Below, piece after piece: positions 27,456 to 37,075 of a stretch of DNA of 60,652 nucleotides. Each line of letters starts with the position of its first letter. Position 1 is the stretch's first letter. The notes under the pieces are model-generated. The model was not told where the DNA came from and searched no databases. It worked only from the letters and a program-made list of their open reading frames with translations. Origin of the DNA: a virus (taxonomy: Duplodnaviria > Caudoviricetes); IMG/VR virus record IMGVR_UViG_3300017989_000126, positions 1-60,652 of that record; one strand, 5' to 3'. Position numbers and translations under genes: made by a program.

Positions 27456-30400
27456 ATGTACATGTCGTCTTTCAGAAATCTTTTCAACGATGAATTAAAG
27501 AAAACAACTCCTCTCTGGATGGAGATGGGGATAGGAACCACGCCCAAAGTAGAAAACAAGGGTTGGATGGCTCAATTGTCCCCTGCGGCAAGAAATCTTC
27601 TTAGTATGGCTCCCAAAACAAAAGAAGACGACAAAGATAAAAATAACAGAGGATTGAAACAAGGTAAAGACGTTGTCAATCAGGCTAAAATTGCTTATTG
27701 GCTATTTCATGATGGTCTATATGAAGCCTCTCAAGAAAGGGCTAAGTTTACAAAAAGAGTCAACGAGCAACTTCCTCCAGAACAACAAGTACATGAAGTT
27801 TATGTGTTTGCCGAACAAGCACACAAAAAATTTCCAGCACTTGCCAAACTTTGGAATGAAAGCATGAAACAAGAATGGTTTAGCAACCATGAACCTAAAA
27901 TGCTGGAATCCATGGGTTTGATTATGGATCTGCAAAAAGTCAATGAGATTATTCGTGAGTTTGGCGGTGAAGAATTTTATTTTGGTGGACTTAATGGCTT
28001 CATGCCTTGGTTGGAATCTGCACAGTGGGAAGGTGCACCAAAAATGTCCTTCAAAGAGCCTTTTGACCAACAGGGACCGGATCTTTCTCAAGGTAAACTT
28101 CACATCGATGATGACAGCGGTCAGTCATTTTATGAATTCAAAGGACTTCAGGCTCCTAATGAAATAGTATATTTTCAAAACCCAATTAAAAACGCTTTAG
28201 TAAAAATGGACCGTGCTATGGAGTCCGATGAAGGCAAAGCGTTTACTGAATTCCAGAAAAGCTTAAAAACTTCTAAGATTAAAAGTAGAGATTATTCTTA
28301 CGGGTCGCAATATGACGCTGATAATAAGTTTAGCGGAAAAGATGGAATGCTGCCTGTAGATGATAATGGATATGATGATAAGGTATACGAACACATTAAG
28401 AAAATGGTTGCGTATGGACTAAAGCTGCCTTACGTCTCCAAGCAAAGTATCGATTTTTTCCCTCCTGAAAACAGAGCTTTCATGAAGGGAAATAAAACGT
28501 TTTATTATCTTTCTCCCGAACAGCAAAAGGAAGCCTATGAAAATTTCATTTCAGGGGCTTCTATGAACAATAAAGTCATGGCTAGGATAAACAATCCAGT
28601 CACAGGAGCAAGATGGCATATTGCAGGAATCATTAACACCGCTGCAAAAAAACTAAAATTACCAGCTACCAAATTGACATTGTATCGACCAGAAGGAATT
28701 GATTATAGCCAATTTGCTTATGTCGAAAAGCAGGATGAAGTAGATGAAAAAGGCAGCACATTGTATCACATCACTCAAGCTCTTGGTGATGGTTGGAATT
28801 GGGATTTAACTGATGAAGAAAAATCAGAAGGACGTGAAATTCCAAGTTCTAAAAGAAGACAAGCTACAATTAGACTAGGAAGTAAACGATCAGGCAGCAA
28901 AAAATACACTTTCAAAAAGAACAATGAAACAGGTCTGTTTCATTTGGTGAAACCAACAAAAGAACCTTGTGGCCCAGAGGGCTGTGGGCTTATTGGTGTT
29001 GATTTTGGAATTAACACCAACACACAAGGAAAAATGAGAACAGTGCCCCTTCCAACCCCGGAAGCAACAGAAGATGCTTTGCAGGACATGGTAATCAATC
29101 CAGAGAATTGGGGAGAAAGAGAAGGTACAAGTGCATCAAACGTAATGGATCTTCCAGCAGTTAAATCTGCTGTCAGAAGAGGTATATCAGCAGCTAAAAG
29201 CCGAGGGGTTGCAGACCCGGATGAAGGCAATGCTTTCACCGCTGCTGTAATATGGCTTCAAAACAATCTTGGTGATGGCCATATAAAAATCGGAAATCTA
29301 AACAATACTAAATTCATTGAAAAACTACAAGAACTAGAAAATGTAGATTACAAAAAAATTGATGCATTGTTTAAATCAGGGAAAGAACCTCAATCAATTG
29401 ATCCTTCTAATGAAGAAACTTATTTCCCAGAGGATATTACAAAAGCTCTTTTGAAAAATGGAAAAGAGTGGAGAATTTATCAAATGTCTTCATTCATCGC
29501 CAGAGTTGCTACAGGAGAAGAATCGCTTGATGATAAAATGGTTCAGCAAAGTGCATTGGCAGATGAAGATGGAAAAGGCATTGAGGCTGGAGATAATCAA
29601 AGAGTAGGAGCAACGGAACGTGAAGGTAAAATGGCAATGACATTTACCAGCAACCGTGCTCGTAAATTCAATGCTATTACTGGTTCAAAAACTGGTGTTA
29701 CCGAAGTAGATCCCAGCACCATTTCATTCGATAAAGTCATGGACATGATCCGAAAAAGATCAGAACCGTTTATCAACATCACAAGACTTGAAAAACAAGG
29801 CTACAGTGATGATTATGCCAATGCTTTCAAAAATACAATAAGCATGCTTGATGCAAACGATCTACAAAGTGGCCCAATTCGAGCTTTGAAAAACGCTCAA
29901 AATTCAAGTAGCGAAGATGAAAAATTAGGTATTGTTGACGGAGTTCATGATTATTTTGTGGAATTAGTGAACTCTGTCATGCGTGTACCTGATCCATCTG
30001 AAGAAGTTGAAACTATGATTTTCACACTTGCTTCAGTTTTAAGACAAACCATACCAAAGCTAAAAGCCTTAGACAGCAATGGCTTGATTGCAGATAGTGG
30101 GATTGATCAAATTGCCGATGAGGTTTCTAAAAGAACCAAAACAACAAATGTGCCTCAACAAGATATACGTCAGTTGCCTCAACAAGGTGATGCTGCAATG
30201 TTCAAGGCAGCAATGCAGGATGCTATTCAGGCTCATCAATATGGATATGGAAGTATGAATGATTTTCTGGCACAAGTGTATCAAAATGACAACTGGTCAA
30301 GAATGTGGCAAAAGGTCATGCAAAGTGACCCTGAACTACAACACTATCAGCAACAATATCAGCAACAATATCAGCACCAACAACAGCAACAACCTCAGAT

Positions 30401-30641
30401 AAGGAAAGTAGCAGAAAGTCTTATAAAGGTAACTAAATTTTCTGAATGGATGGACTCTTTAAAAGAGACTGATGCTGTTTATGACGGAACGCCTGCTAAA
30501 GATGGAGGTGGATTTAATTGGTGGGGAGCTGTTGGCTCTCCCGGTGGAGTAAGCATTTCAGGTGAAGCTGATAATGCAGAAGAAGATCCAACAGGCAAAG
30601 GAAAGAAACGTGGAAAAAGAAGAACAAGAAAAAAGAAGTAA
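27456..30641 (+). CDS. Large hypothetical protein, possibly internal head protein
   Basis: 1061 aa ORF; poly-Q tract; KFSEWMDSLKE motif; basic tail. Confidence 0.7.
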   Translation: MYMSSFRNLFNDELKKTTPLWMEMGIGTTPKVENKGWMAQLSPAARNLLSMAPKTKEDDKDKNNRGLKQGKDVVNQAKIAYWLFHDGLYEASQERAKFTKRVNEQLPPEQQVHEVYVFAEQAHKKFPALAKLWNESMKQEWFSNHEPKMLESMGLIMDLQKVNEIIREFGGEEFYFGGLNGFMPWLESAQWEGAPKMSFKEPFDQQGPDLSQGKLHIDDDSGQSFYEFKGLQAPNEIVYFQNPIKNALVKMDRAMESDEGKAFTEFQKSLKTSKIKSRDYSYGSQYDADNKFSGKDGMLPVDDNGYDDKVYEHIKKMVAYGLKLPYVSKQSIDFFPPENRAFMKGNKTFYYLSPEQQKEAYENFISGASMNNKVMARINNPVTGARWHIAGIINTAAKKLKLPATKLTLYRPEGIDYSQFAYVEKQDEVDEKGSTLYHITQALGDGWNWDLTDEEKSEGREIPSSKRRQATIRLGSKRSGSKKYTFKKNNETGLFHLVKPTKEPCGPEGCGLIGVDFGINTNTQGKMRTVPLPTPEATEDALQDMVINPENWGEREGTSASNVMDLPAVKSAVRRGISAAKSRGVADPDEGNAFTAAVIWLQNNLGDGHIKIGNLNNTKFIEKLQELENVDYKKIDALFKSGKEPQSIDPSNEETYFPEDITKALLKNGKEWRIYQMSSFIARVATGEESLDDKMVQQSALADEDGKGIEAGDNQRVGATEREGKMAMTFTSNRARKFNAITGSKTGVTEVDPSTISFDKVMDMIRKRSEPFINITRLEKQGYSDDYANAFKNTISMLDANDLQSGPIRALKNAQNSSSEDEKLGIVDGVHDYFVELVNSVMRVPDPSEEVETMIFTLASVLRQTIPKLKALDSNGLIADSGIDQIADEVSKRTKTTNVPQQDIRQLPQQGDAAMFKAAMQDAIQAHQYGYGSMNDFLAQVYQNDNWSRMWQKVMQSDPELQHYQQQYQQQYQHQQQQQPQIRKVAESLIKVTKFSEWMDSLKETDAVYDGTPAKDGGGFNWWGAVGSPGGVSISGEADNAEEDPTGKGKKRGKRRTRKKK

Positions 30642-30642
30642 A

Positions 30643-30912
30643 ATGATGAGCTATATGGCCAACCCAAGGTCATTTACCATTAAAAAATGGACTTCTCAAC
30701 TTCTCAAAGCATTTTACAGCGACAAACATGATCAAATCATAGATCGAGTTTCCACTTCTCTTTTAACAGATGGAGATGTTCAGGACTTTGGCAAACTTTT
30801 GGGTGCCATTTATGAAAGTGGATATCGTAAAGCAGTTAAAGAGTTACAGGGTCAAATTGAAGATCTTGGATATAAAGTCGATGTTAAAACTCAAGTAGAA
30901 GACATCAACTGA
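30643..30912 (+). CDS. Hypothetical protein
   Basis: Starts 1 nt after the upstream stop. Confidence 0.65.
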   Translation: MMSYMANPRSFTIKKWTSQLLKAFYSDKHDQIIDRVSTSLLTDGDVQDFGKLLGAIYESGYRKAVKELQGQIEDLGYKVDVKTQVEDIN

Positions 30913-31525
30913 AATCAGGATTCACATCAGATGTGATAGCTGAAACTAAGTAACCTCCTGATTTTGGCTCAACTTCTGTTACTCTCCACCATCTTTTAGA
31001 TTCATCTTGAGGATAAATCACAGATTCTTTAGAGACTTCACTTGTAGTCCATAGTTCGATATCAAAATCTGTTTGTTTTGATATCACCGCTGCAAATTTG
31101 ACTTTATTTCCATATGTGATTCTTTCATAAGAATCGCCATAGAGTTCATCTTTGATTTGAGTTTTGATTGCAGGAGCACAATGAACCATCACTTTGTTCT
31201 TTTGAAGAAACTCCATTGTTTTTTTATCAAAATCAATTTTGTTTTCTTCTAAAGATTGAATTTCAGGTTCTGGTTCTACTTTTTTAGGTTCTTCAATTAC
31301 AGGCTCTGCAACATTTTCTTCTAATCCCAGCTCTTCTGCAATGTCAACTACATCATAATCTTTCTTGAATTGTTCGATTGGGTTGTTTTCATCTTCTTTA
31401 ACGTCTTCTTTCCATCCAAAATTAATGAGCTTAACATTGTCCGAATTCCATTCGGATTGTTCTTTCATCAAGGGATTTGGACCCCTAAGTTTATACACGT
31501 TTCCATCTCGATCTTTAATCGCCAT
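30905..31525 (-). CDS. Possible head-closure/neck-related protein
   Basis: DELYGD motif, beta-rich C-terminus; N-terminus resembles that of the 34679 protein. Confidence 0.5.
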   Translation of the reverse strand: MAIKDRDGNVYKLRGPNPLMKEQSEWNSDNVKLINFGWKEDVKEDENNPIEQFKKDYDVVDIAEELGLEENVAEPVIEEPKKVEPEPEIQSLEENKIDFDKKTMEFLQKNKVMVHCAPAIKTQIKDELYGDSYERITYGNKVKFAAVISKQTDFDIELWTTSEVSKESVIYPQDESKRWWRVTEVEPKSGGYLVSAITSDVNPDFS

Positions 31526-31736
31526 GCTGATATCCCACTTTTACCTTTGCCTCACCGCTAATTTTGATTTCTGAAGATTGTTTATGAATTTCATTGTTGA
31601 TTATCTTACAAACAGTCGATTGGCTGATTTCGAACAAATCAGCCAGTTTTTTCTGCGTGTAATCCCCTTTACTATAAAGACATCTGATTTCTTTGATTGT
31701 GTCTGATGTAAGATTTTTAGGGCCTCTTTTTGTCAT
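31515..31736 (-). CDS. Small HTH DNA-binding protein
   Basis: TQKKLADLFEISQSTVCKII; GGAG RBS before ATG31736. Confidence 0.75.
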   Translation of the reverse strand: MTKRGPKNLTSDTIKEIRCLYSKGDYTQKKLADLFEISQSTVCKIINNEIHKQSSEIKISGEAKVKVGYQHGD

Positions 31737-31809
31737 TTGAATATTCTCCAAATAATTCAATTTCACATTAGTATATACAGGAAATTGAATATTTAAGGAG
31801 ATCCTTTCT

Positions 31810-32208
31810 ATGTCTCTCGTGTGCCCTAATGAAAAAGGTGAATATTTGCTCCTACAGTACATTGTAGGAATCACAACAGCGGACAATCCAGTTCTGCACC
31901 TTTATTCGACAGATACTACGCCAACAGATTCAACTGTTATTGGTGATTTGACAGAAGTTGCTTCAACAGGCTATGCGGCAATAACGCTAACATCCACCAA
32001 CTGGACCACTACACAATCTGCTGGTGTAACCACAGCTATTTTCAGTGAGCAAACATTTACTTTTGGTACAACCACAACTGCGTATGGCTACTATGTCACA
32101 GACGAATCCGGCAACTTGCTTTGGTTGGAAAGATTCAGTGGTGCTCCATTCTCAATCCCATCTGGCGGTGGAACTATAAGTATCACTACCAAGCTTACGC
32201 TTTCTTGA
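31810..32208 (+). CDS. Putative virion structural protein
   Basis: Thr-rich beta protein with LHLY..TE..GY..FTF..YGYY pattern; AAGGAG RBS. Confidence 0.65.
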   Translation: MSLVCPNEKGEYLLLQYIVGITTADNPVLHLYSTDTTPTDSTVIGDLTEVASTGYAAITLTSTNWTTTQSAGVTTAIFSEQTFTFGTTTTAYGYYVTDESGNLLWLERFSGAPFSIPSGGGTISITTKLTLS

Positions 32209-33371
32209 TTTCTGCAAAGTTTACTTAAAAATAAATTCATGATTACTATCATAATGTTGGAGGTAATCATGAATTTTAATAAACCTTATAGTAAGTGGTC
32301 TAAAGAAGATGTTCTGTGTCGTTTAAAAGGAATTGCACAAAAAGATGGACAATTCCCTGCAAGGAAGAGGCTTGATGAATTAAAAGAATTTAAGCTTATA
32401 AATGCAATAACTCATCTTGGACTAAAGTATCACGATCTTTCAATAACACTTGGGTATAAGTGCAACCGTAAACCTCGTGGGTATTGGACTGAAGAAAATG
32501 TCATCAAAAAACTTCAATTAATCGAAAAAGAACTTGGTTCATTTCCAACATCTAAATATGTCAATGATGTATATCCAGAGGTAATGAGAGCAATTTACCG
32601 AACGAGAGATTGGAGATATTACAAGTCTAAGCTTGGACATGTCGTCAAAGAGAAATGGTCAAAGTCAAAAGTTCTTGATCGTATACAGCAACGCATTGAT
32701 GAACTAAAGCATGTCCCCCCTACAACAGAAATTAGAAAATTAGACCCATCGTTGATGGCAGCTATTGATCGTCTGCCAAACAACTATGGAGAACTTTTGA
32801 CCGAACTTGGGCATCAACCAATTCAACGGATCAATGGGTTTTGGAAGGTGTGGGAAAATGTAGAAAAAGAAATTCTTCCAAGATGCAAAGACGGCAAAAT
32901 GCCTTCTGTATCTCAATTGAAACAAGAGATAGGGTCGTCAGTGGCTTTAGCTATAGCTGATTTTGGAGGTGTAGTTGAAGTAGCTGATAGACTTGGTGTA
33001 GAAGTAAGTCCTGAGTCGTACTTAATATCAAAAGATGGCCACGCTCTTAAGTCAACATATGAAGTTGAATTTGACGATTTTTTATTTGATCAAAAAATAA
33101 AACATGAGGTTGATTGCGAAGTAACAAAAGACAGCAAAATTCGATGTGATTTCAAGGTGGCAAATTCGTTCATCGAAATATGGGGCTTCGAAGAAAGAAC
33201 AAACAATAAAAGGTGCGAACGTTACGCTAAGAAGCGGATCAAAAAAGAAAAGATATACCGAAAACACAATTTGAAATTAATTTCAATTGAAGCAACAACG
33301 TTTAGAAAAAACAAAGAGTCACGTCGAAATATTTTTCAAGAAAAGCTTGATGAAGCACTTTCTTGATTTCT
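32200..33371 (+). repeat. 14-bp direct repeat CTTTCTTGATTTCT flanking the endonuclease gene
   Basis: Identical copies at 32200-32213 and 33358-33371. Confidence 0.75.
32269..33366 (+). CDS. Putative homing endonuclease: repeated HTH-like modules plus PD-(D/E)xK domain
   Basis: W[ST]xE repeats; KSTYE, CDF, IEIWG; RBS and ATG lie in an 11-bp stem (32236-46/32263-73). Confidence 0.7.
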   Translation: MNFNKPYSKWSKEDVLCRLKGIAQKDGQFPARKRLDELKEFKLINAITHLGLKYHDLSITLGYKCNRKPRGYWTEENVIKKLQLIEKELGSFPTSKYVNDVYPEVMRAIYRTRDWRYYKSKLGHVVKEKWSKSKVLDRIQQRIDELKHVPPTTEIRKLDPSLMAAIDRLPNNYGELLTELGHQPIQRINGFWKVWENVEKEILPRCKDGKMPSVSQLKQEIGSSVALAIADFGGVVEVADRLGVEVSPESYLISKDGHALKSTYEVEFDDFLFDQKIKHEVDCEVTKDSKIRCDFKVANSFIEIWGFEERTNNKRCERYAKKRIKKEKIYRKHNLKLISIEATTFRKNKESRRNIFQEKLDEALS

Positions 33372-33426
33372 ATGGTTTGAATTAGTATTGACCACAACAT
33401 GTGGTATGTGGTACTAATATGAATCT

Positions 33427-34113
33427 ATGAAACAGAAATTTTATGCAATCAACAAGGGCATAGAGTTTCAATGTGGGTTCGATATTGATTCTTTAAAGTT
33501 ATCAACTGCTGTTCAAGAATGTAATGATGGACTTGCTGCTCTTCCTATGACCCTTTGGCATCGTATTGCTCTTAAAAACAGCACCGCTGTCGTTGGAGAA
33601 TATCTTGTTGCGGCAATTGCTGCAACAACAAATGCCATAGTTAATCCAATTGAAAAAGGCTATCCCGACCTTCTTCCTAAGACTGCAATATCTGCAACAG
33701 AAAAGCAACTTCGAAATTATCCAACAGGATTAGAAATCAAAGGAACTTGTGGAACTCTGTCTAAAAAATGTTCTTTGGAAGTAGGAAAACCAAGGTTGCC
33801 TCATTTAAAAGGCTTAACATGGCAAGCTCATCATAGAGAAGTGAATCAACTATTGAGTTTTGTATGGGATTTCTGTGAAATTACAGAAAACCAAATATCA
33901 CCTTGTATTACAGCTATTTTTTATTCTGCGAATTTAAATGAAAGTGACTGGGGAGTTATCTCTGGAACAACTGGCAGAAACACAAAAGTAAGTGGTATGG
34001 TGAAATCTGGGAAATCAAAAATGGCTGAAGGATTGGTTTGTGTAATAAATGATGAAGAGTGCAAAAGTCGTTATAAGAAAATATTACCTAACTTAGCATT
34101 GCCAATTGATTAA
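33427..34113 (+). CDS. Type II restriction-endonuclease-like PD-(D/E)xK protein
   Basis: GYPDL....GLEIKG motif. Confidence 0.55.
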   Translation: MKQKFYAINKGIEFQCGFDIDSLKLSTAVQECNDGLAALPMTLWHRIALKNSTAVVGEYLVAAIAATTNAIVNPIEKGYPDLLPKTAISATEKQLRNYPTGLEIKGTCGTLSKKCSLEVGKPRLPHLKGLTWQAHHREVNQLLSFVWDFCEITENQISPCITAIFYSANLNESDWGVISGTTGRNTKVSGMVKSGKSKMAEGLVCVINDEECKSRYKKILPNLALPID

Positions 34114-34141
34114 AAAAGGCGAGGTTGAAACCTCGCCTTTT
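34112..34141. terminator. Bidirectional terminator
   Basis: AAAAAGGCGAGG..CCTCGCCTTTT. Confidence 0.8.
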
Positions 34142-34144
34142 CTC

Positions 34145-34612
34145 TTAAGCAGTTTTTTCTTTCCAAGCACCTTCACGATACTTGGCAACCATCCAGTCAA
34201 TTGCTGTGGAAACCAACACGCTCATGATATAACTTTTCACTCGACCAGCAAAAGGTCTCATCCAAATAGGAATTGCTTCACGAACGATGTAGTCATAAAG
34301 AATATCGACAGCATTCATTACGGTTGCTTTTTTATCTGGTCCAAGATCAACAAGATCATCAACAAGCCAGATTAAACCATCAATACTATTGAGCAAAAAT
34401 TTGGTTGCTTTGTAAAGACCAGCAGTGGTTCTCTGCCAGATTTTCCACCAAGTTCTTTCTCCACGAATGTTTGTCCATTCTTCTATAAGAGTAGCCACAT
34501 AAGTGTCTACTTCTTTAACAGGCTTAACGTCACCAATTGGATCTGCTTCTGTTTTTTCCATGCCAGCGACTTGACTTAGTGCAAATGCTTCTATTGAAAG
34601 ATTTTCTTTCAT
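34145..34612 (-). CDS. Hypothetical helical protein
   Basis: GGAGG RBS, 155 aa. Confidence 0.7.
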   Translation of the reverse strand: MKENLSIEAFALSQVAGMEKTEADPIGDVKPVKEVDTYVATLIEEWTNIRGERTWWKIWQRTTAGLYKATKFLLNSIDGLIWLVDDLVDLGPDKKATVMNAVDILYDYIVREAIPIWMRPFAGRVKSYIMSVLVSTAIDWMVAKYREGAWKEKTA

Positions 34613-34678
34613 TGTAATACCCTCCCTTGTGAACCGTATTTAGGAATTCTCAACCTAGTATTGCTACATAAATTTATA

Positions 34679-35245
34679 ATGGCAATAAGAAATCCTGACG
34701 GTTCAGTATACAGAACATCAAATAGTCTACAACAATTTGATCCCAACAATCCAGAACATGATTTGTTCAATATTTGGGATGAAGAGGTCATCGAAATTGG
34801 TGGATCACCTTTGTATTATTATGAAGTGTTCATCAACATGAATACAATTGATGAACTCTATGTTGAAGACAGAGGAAAGCTTTGGTCTAATTGTCCAAAG
34901 TGCATTTATGGATACTACGAACCAATTCCAGCACAGAATTATATGACAGTCTTCGGCATCGACTCACCTGATGAAATGATGTTCGAAGTGAACTACCGTC
35001 ATGCACTGCGGGAAATTGGACATGCTCCTAAAATTGGTTCACGTATTTTCACGCCACATAAAAGAGAGAATTGGGTAGTCATTCAAAGAAATCTTGAAGT
35101 TTACAAAATGTGGGGAGAACTTCGCATTCAACTAATGTGCCAGAGATTTCAGGAATCTCTTACAACTGGCGAAGGCAAAGTTACTCAACCATCTCCAAAC
35201 TTTAAAATCAATGATATAAAAGATCTTGGTGGCGGGAAATGTTAA
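34679..35245 (+). CDS. Neck/head-closure protein (T4 gp14-like)
   Basis: IEIGG..YY, DELYVED, FGIDSPDE, PKIG; structural gene context. Confidence 0.7.
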   Translation: MAIRNPDGSVYRTSNSLQQFDPNNPEHDLFNIWDEEVIEIGGSPLYYYEVFINMNTIDELYVEDRGKLWSNCPKCIYGYYEPIPAQNYMTVFGIDSPDEMMFEVNYRHALREIGHAPKIGSRIFTPHKRENWVVIQRNLEVYKMWGELRIQLMCQRFQESLTTGEGKVTQPSPNFKINDIKDLGGGKC

Positions 35246-35251
35246 CCATCA

Positions 35252-35656
35252 TCAAAACCCTTCTTCTTTCCAGTTAAAATCAACTTTTACATTAGATAAC
35301 GGAGGAAGAGGAGGTAGTTCTGGCACTGGCACAAAAGCTCTGACATTTTCAGAAACTTGATTTCTAATATCTTGAACCAAATTTCCTTCTATTGGCCAAT
35401 CGTCATTTGGCATATTTGGAAGTTCATCTATTACTTCCATGTGTATTTCGCCATCTTCATCCAAAGATATTTTGTAAGTGACTGGTTCAGTATTGGTAAT
35501 TCTTCCATCTTCATTTACTGACATGGAAACGCTTTGAACAATTGTTCGTGTAGAAGAACTTGGTTCTTGTGTGCGAGCAATATCTTCTTCAGAAAAGAAT
35601 CTATTATCATTAGCACTTGGTCCCCAAATAACTTTAAGTTGATCAAACCAACTCAT
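35252..35656 (-). CDS. Hypothetical protein with C-terminal WKEEGF
   Basis: Start reassigned to MSWFDQ; ends FNWKEEGF*. Confidence 0.65.
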   Translation of the reverse strand: MSWFDQLKVIWGPSANDNRFFSEEDIARTQEPSSSTRTIVQSVSMSVNEDGRITNTEPVTYKISLDEDGEIHMEVIDELPNMPNDDWPIEGNLVQDIRNQVSENVRAFVPVPELPPLPPLSNVKVDFNWKEEGF

Positions 35657-35801
35657 TAGCTTCTTCTTTCTCGATAACAAATTTCGGTGGATTCACTTTA
35701 GTGAATAGTTTTTTAGGAATTTTCGCTTTAGGTAATTTAGAACCTACGACAACCTTCTTGGGAAGAGGGATTTTGCTGCTGATTATTCTATAAGGCTTCA
35801 T
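35643..35801 (-). CDS. Small Lys/Pro-rich protein (52 aa; not in ORF track)
   Basis: MKPYRIISSKIPLPKK...NELV*, overlapping the next gene's start. Confidence 0.5.
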   Translation of the reverse strand: MKPYRIISSKIPLPKKVVVGSKLPKAKIPKKLFTKVNPPKFVIEKEEANELV

Positions 35802-35852
35802 AATCTAATGTAGAAACAAAAAGACAAACCTAAATATATCAAAGGTAAGAAA

Positions 35853-36842
35853 ATGACTCAACCCGATTTAAATCCATGCAATGATCCGGGGCCTATTAAA
35901 GATCTCAACATAGACCCAATTTCGCCACTTTGCTCACCAAACGACCCTTCAAAACCAAAATCTCAAAAAGATGTTGAAGGAAAAGGGCTTGACTGGCTGG
36001 TGGATGAAATGTCCAACAGGAAAAAGGGCATTGGTCAAAGTGGGCTATGTGACCCAATGCAAAAAGGTCACATCATTAATGAACAGGGCATGAGCCCACC
36101 CGACAGGAATACACTATACCGATATGGTCGATCTCTCAGAGGTACAGATGAAGCTGTCATGGATATGTTTCGTGACATTGTGGTTCTTGATGAACAAGGC
36201 AAAGCTCATAATGTGCCAATTATCTGGGGAACTCAGGAAAAAGCGGTTGCTGCTGTAATTCAGGAAAATGTTCGTAAAGATGAAAGTGTTGTTGTTGATA
36301 GGATTAAACTACCAATCTTAGCGATCCATACTTCTGGTTACAGCATGAATCAGGATCGTTACATTTATCATAAGGCAACAGATTATTTAAAGAGTCTTAA
36401 TAGAGACTGGAAGCCGGGATTCGCCATCAAGGAAAGATATGAGCGTGATACGGTCTTTGGAGTCACAAGGGGCATTCCTATGGATGTGGAATACACTCTT
36501 TATGCTTGGACTCTTTATGAAGAGGATGTCAGGCAAATCCTCACACAAATTATTACAAAATTCAGCCCCATGGCATACATAAGGGTTAGAGGTGTTTCTT
36601 GGGAAATTGGGGTCAAACTTGATTCCATTTCTAATAACGTTGAGGCGGAACCCGGTGATCAAGCGGTAAGAGTCATCAAATACCAATTCAACTTGACAGC
36701 AGAGACATTTGTTACACAACCGATACAACGAAAGAAAGCTGTATTGAAAACAAAAGTAGACATTGTCGATTCTGTTGATGACGAGGCGGTTACAGAGGTG
36801 ATCGCAAGATTAGAACAAGCAGTGAAGGAACTGAAAGAATGA
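35853..36842 (+). CDS. Tail terminator / sheath stabilizer (T4 gp15-like)
   Basis: VPIIWGTQEK, IKLP, P.DVEYTL, QILTQI..KF; located upstream of the sheath gene. Confidence 0.75.
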   Translation: MTQPDLNPCNDPGPIKDLNIDPISPLCSPNDPSKPKSQKDVEGKGLDWLVDEMSNRKKGIGQSGLCDPMQKGHIINEQGMSPPDRNTLYRYGRSLRGTDEAVMDMFRDIVVLDEQGKAHNVPIIWGTQEKAVAAVIQENVRKDESVVVDRIKLPILAIHTSGYSMNQDRYIYHKATDYLKSLNRDWKPGFAIKERYERDTVFGVTRGIPMDVEYTLYAWTLYEEDVRQILTQIITKFSPMAYIRVRGVSWEIGVKLDSISNNVEAEPGDQAVRVIKYQFNLTAETFVTQPIQRKKAVLKTKVDIVDSVDDEAVTEVIARLEQAVKELKE

Positions 36843-37072
36843 TTGAAGTAACCAACAAGGGCCGAAGCCCTGTGCAATTGATAGTAAGATCAAAACTAGC
36901 AACCAAGTCATTCACTACCTTGATCGTTCCCGGAATCGGGGCTGGGAAGAACATTGTAGAGATAGAAGATGAAATGACCACAGACTATATCGGTCGTGTG
37001 GAGAAAATGGGTTTGATCACCACTAGATACTTGCCAAACACGACTCATCGTAAGGGATCAAAGGGAGATTAA
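36839..37072 (+). CDS. Small hypothetical protein
   Basis: Coupled between the gp15-like and sheath genes. Confidence 0.7.
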   Translation: MIEVTNKGRSPVQLIVRSKLATKSFTTLIVPGIGAGKNIVEIEDEMTTDYIGRVEKMGLITTRYLPNTTHRKGSKGD

Positions 37073-37075
37073 CCA

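Noticed and set aside
30338-30395. CAA/CAG repeat tract
   Set aside because: In-frame poly-Gln low-complexity coding sequence; the same applies to the poly-Gly at ~25560.
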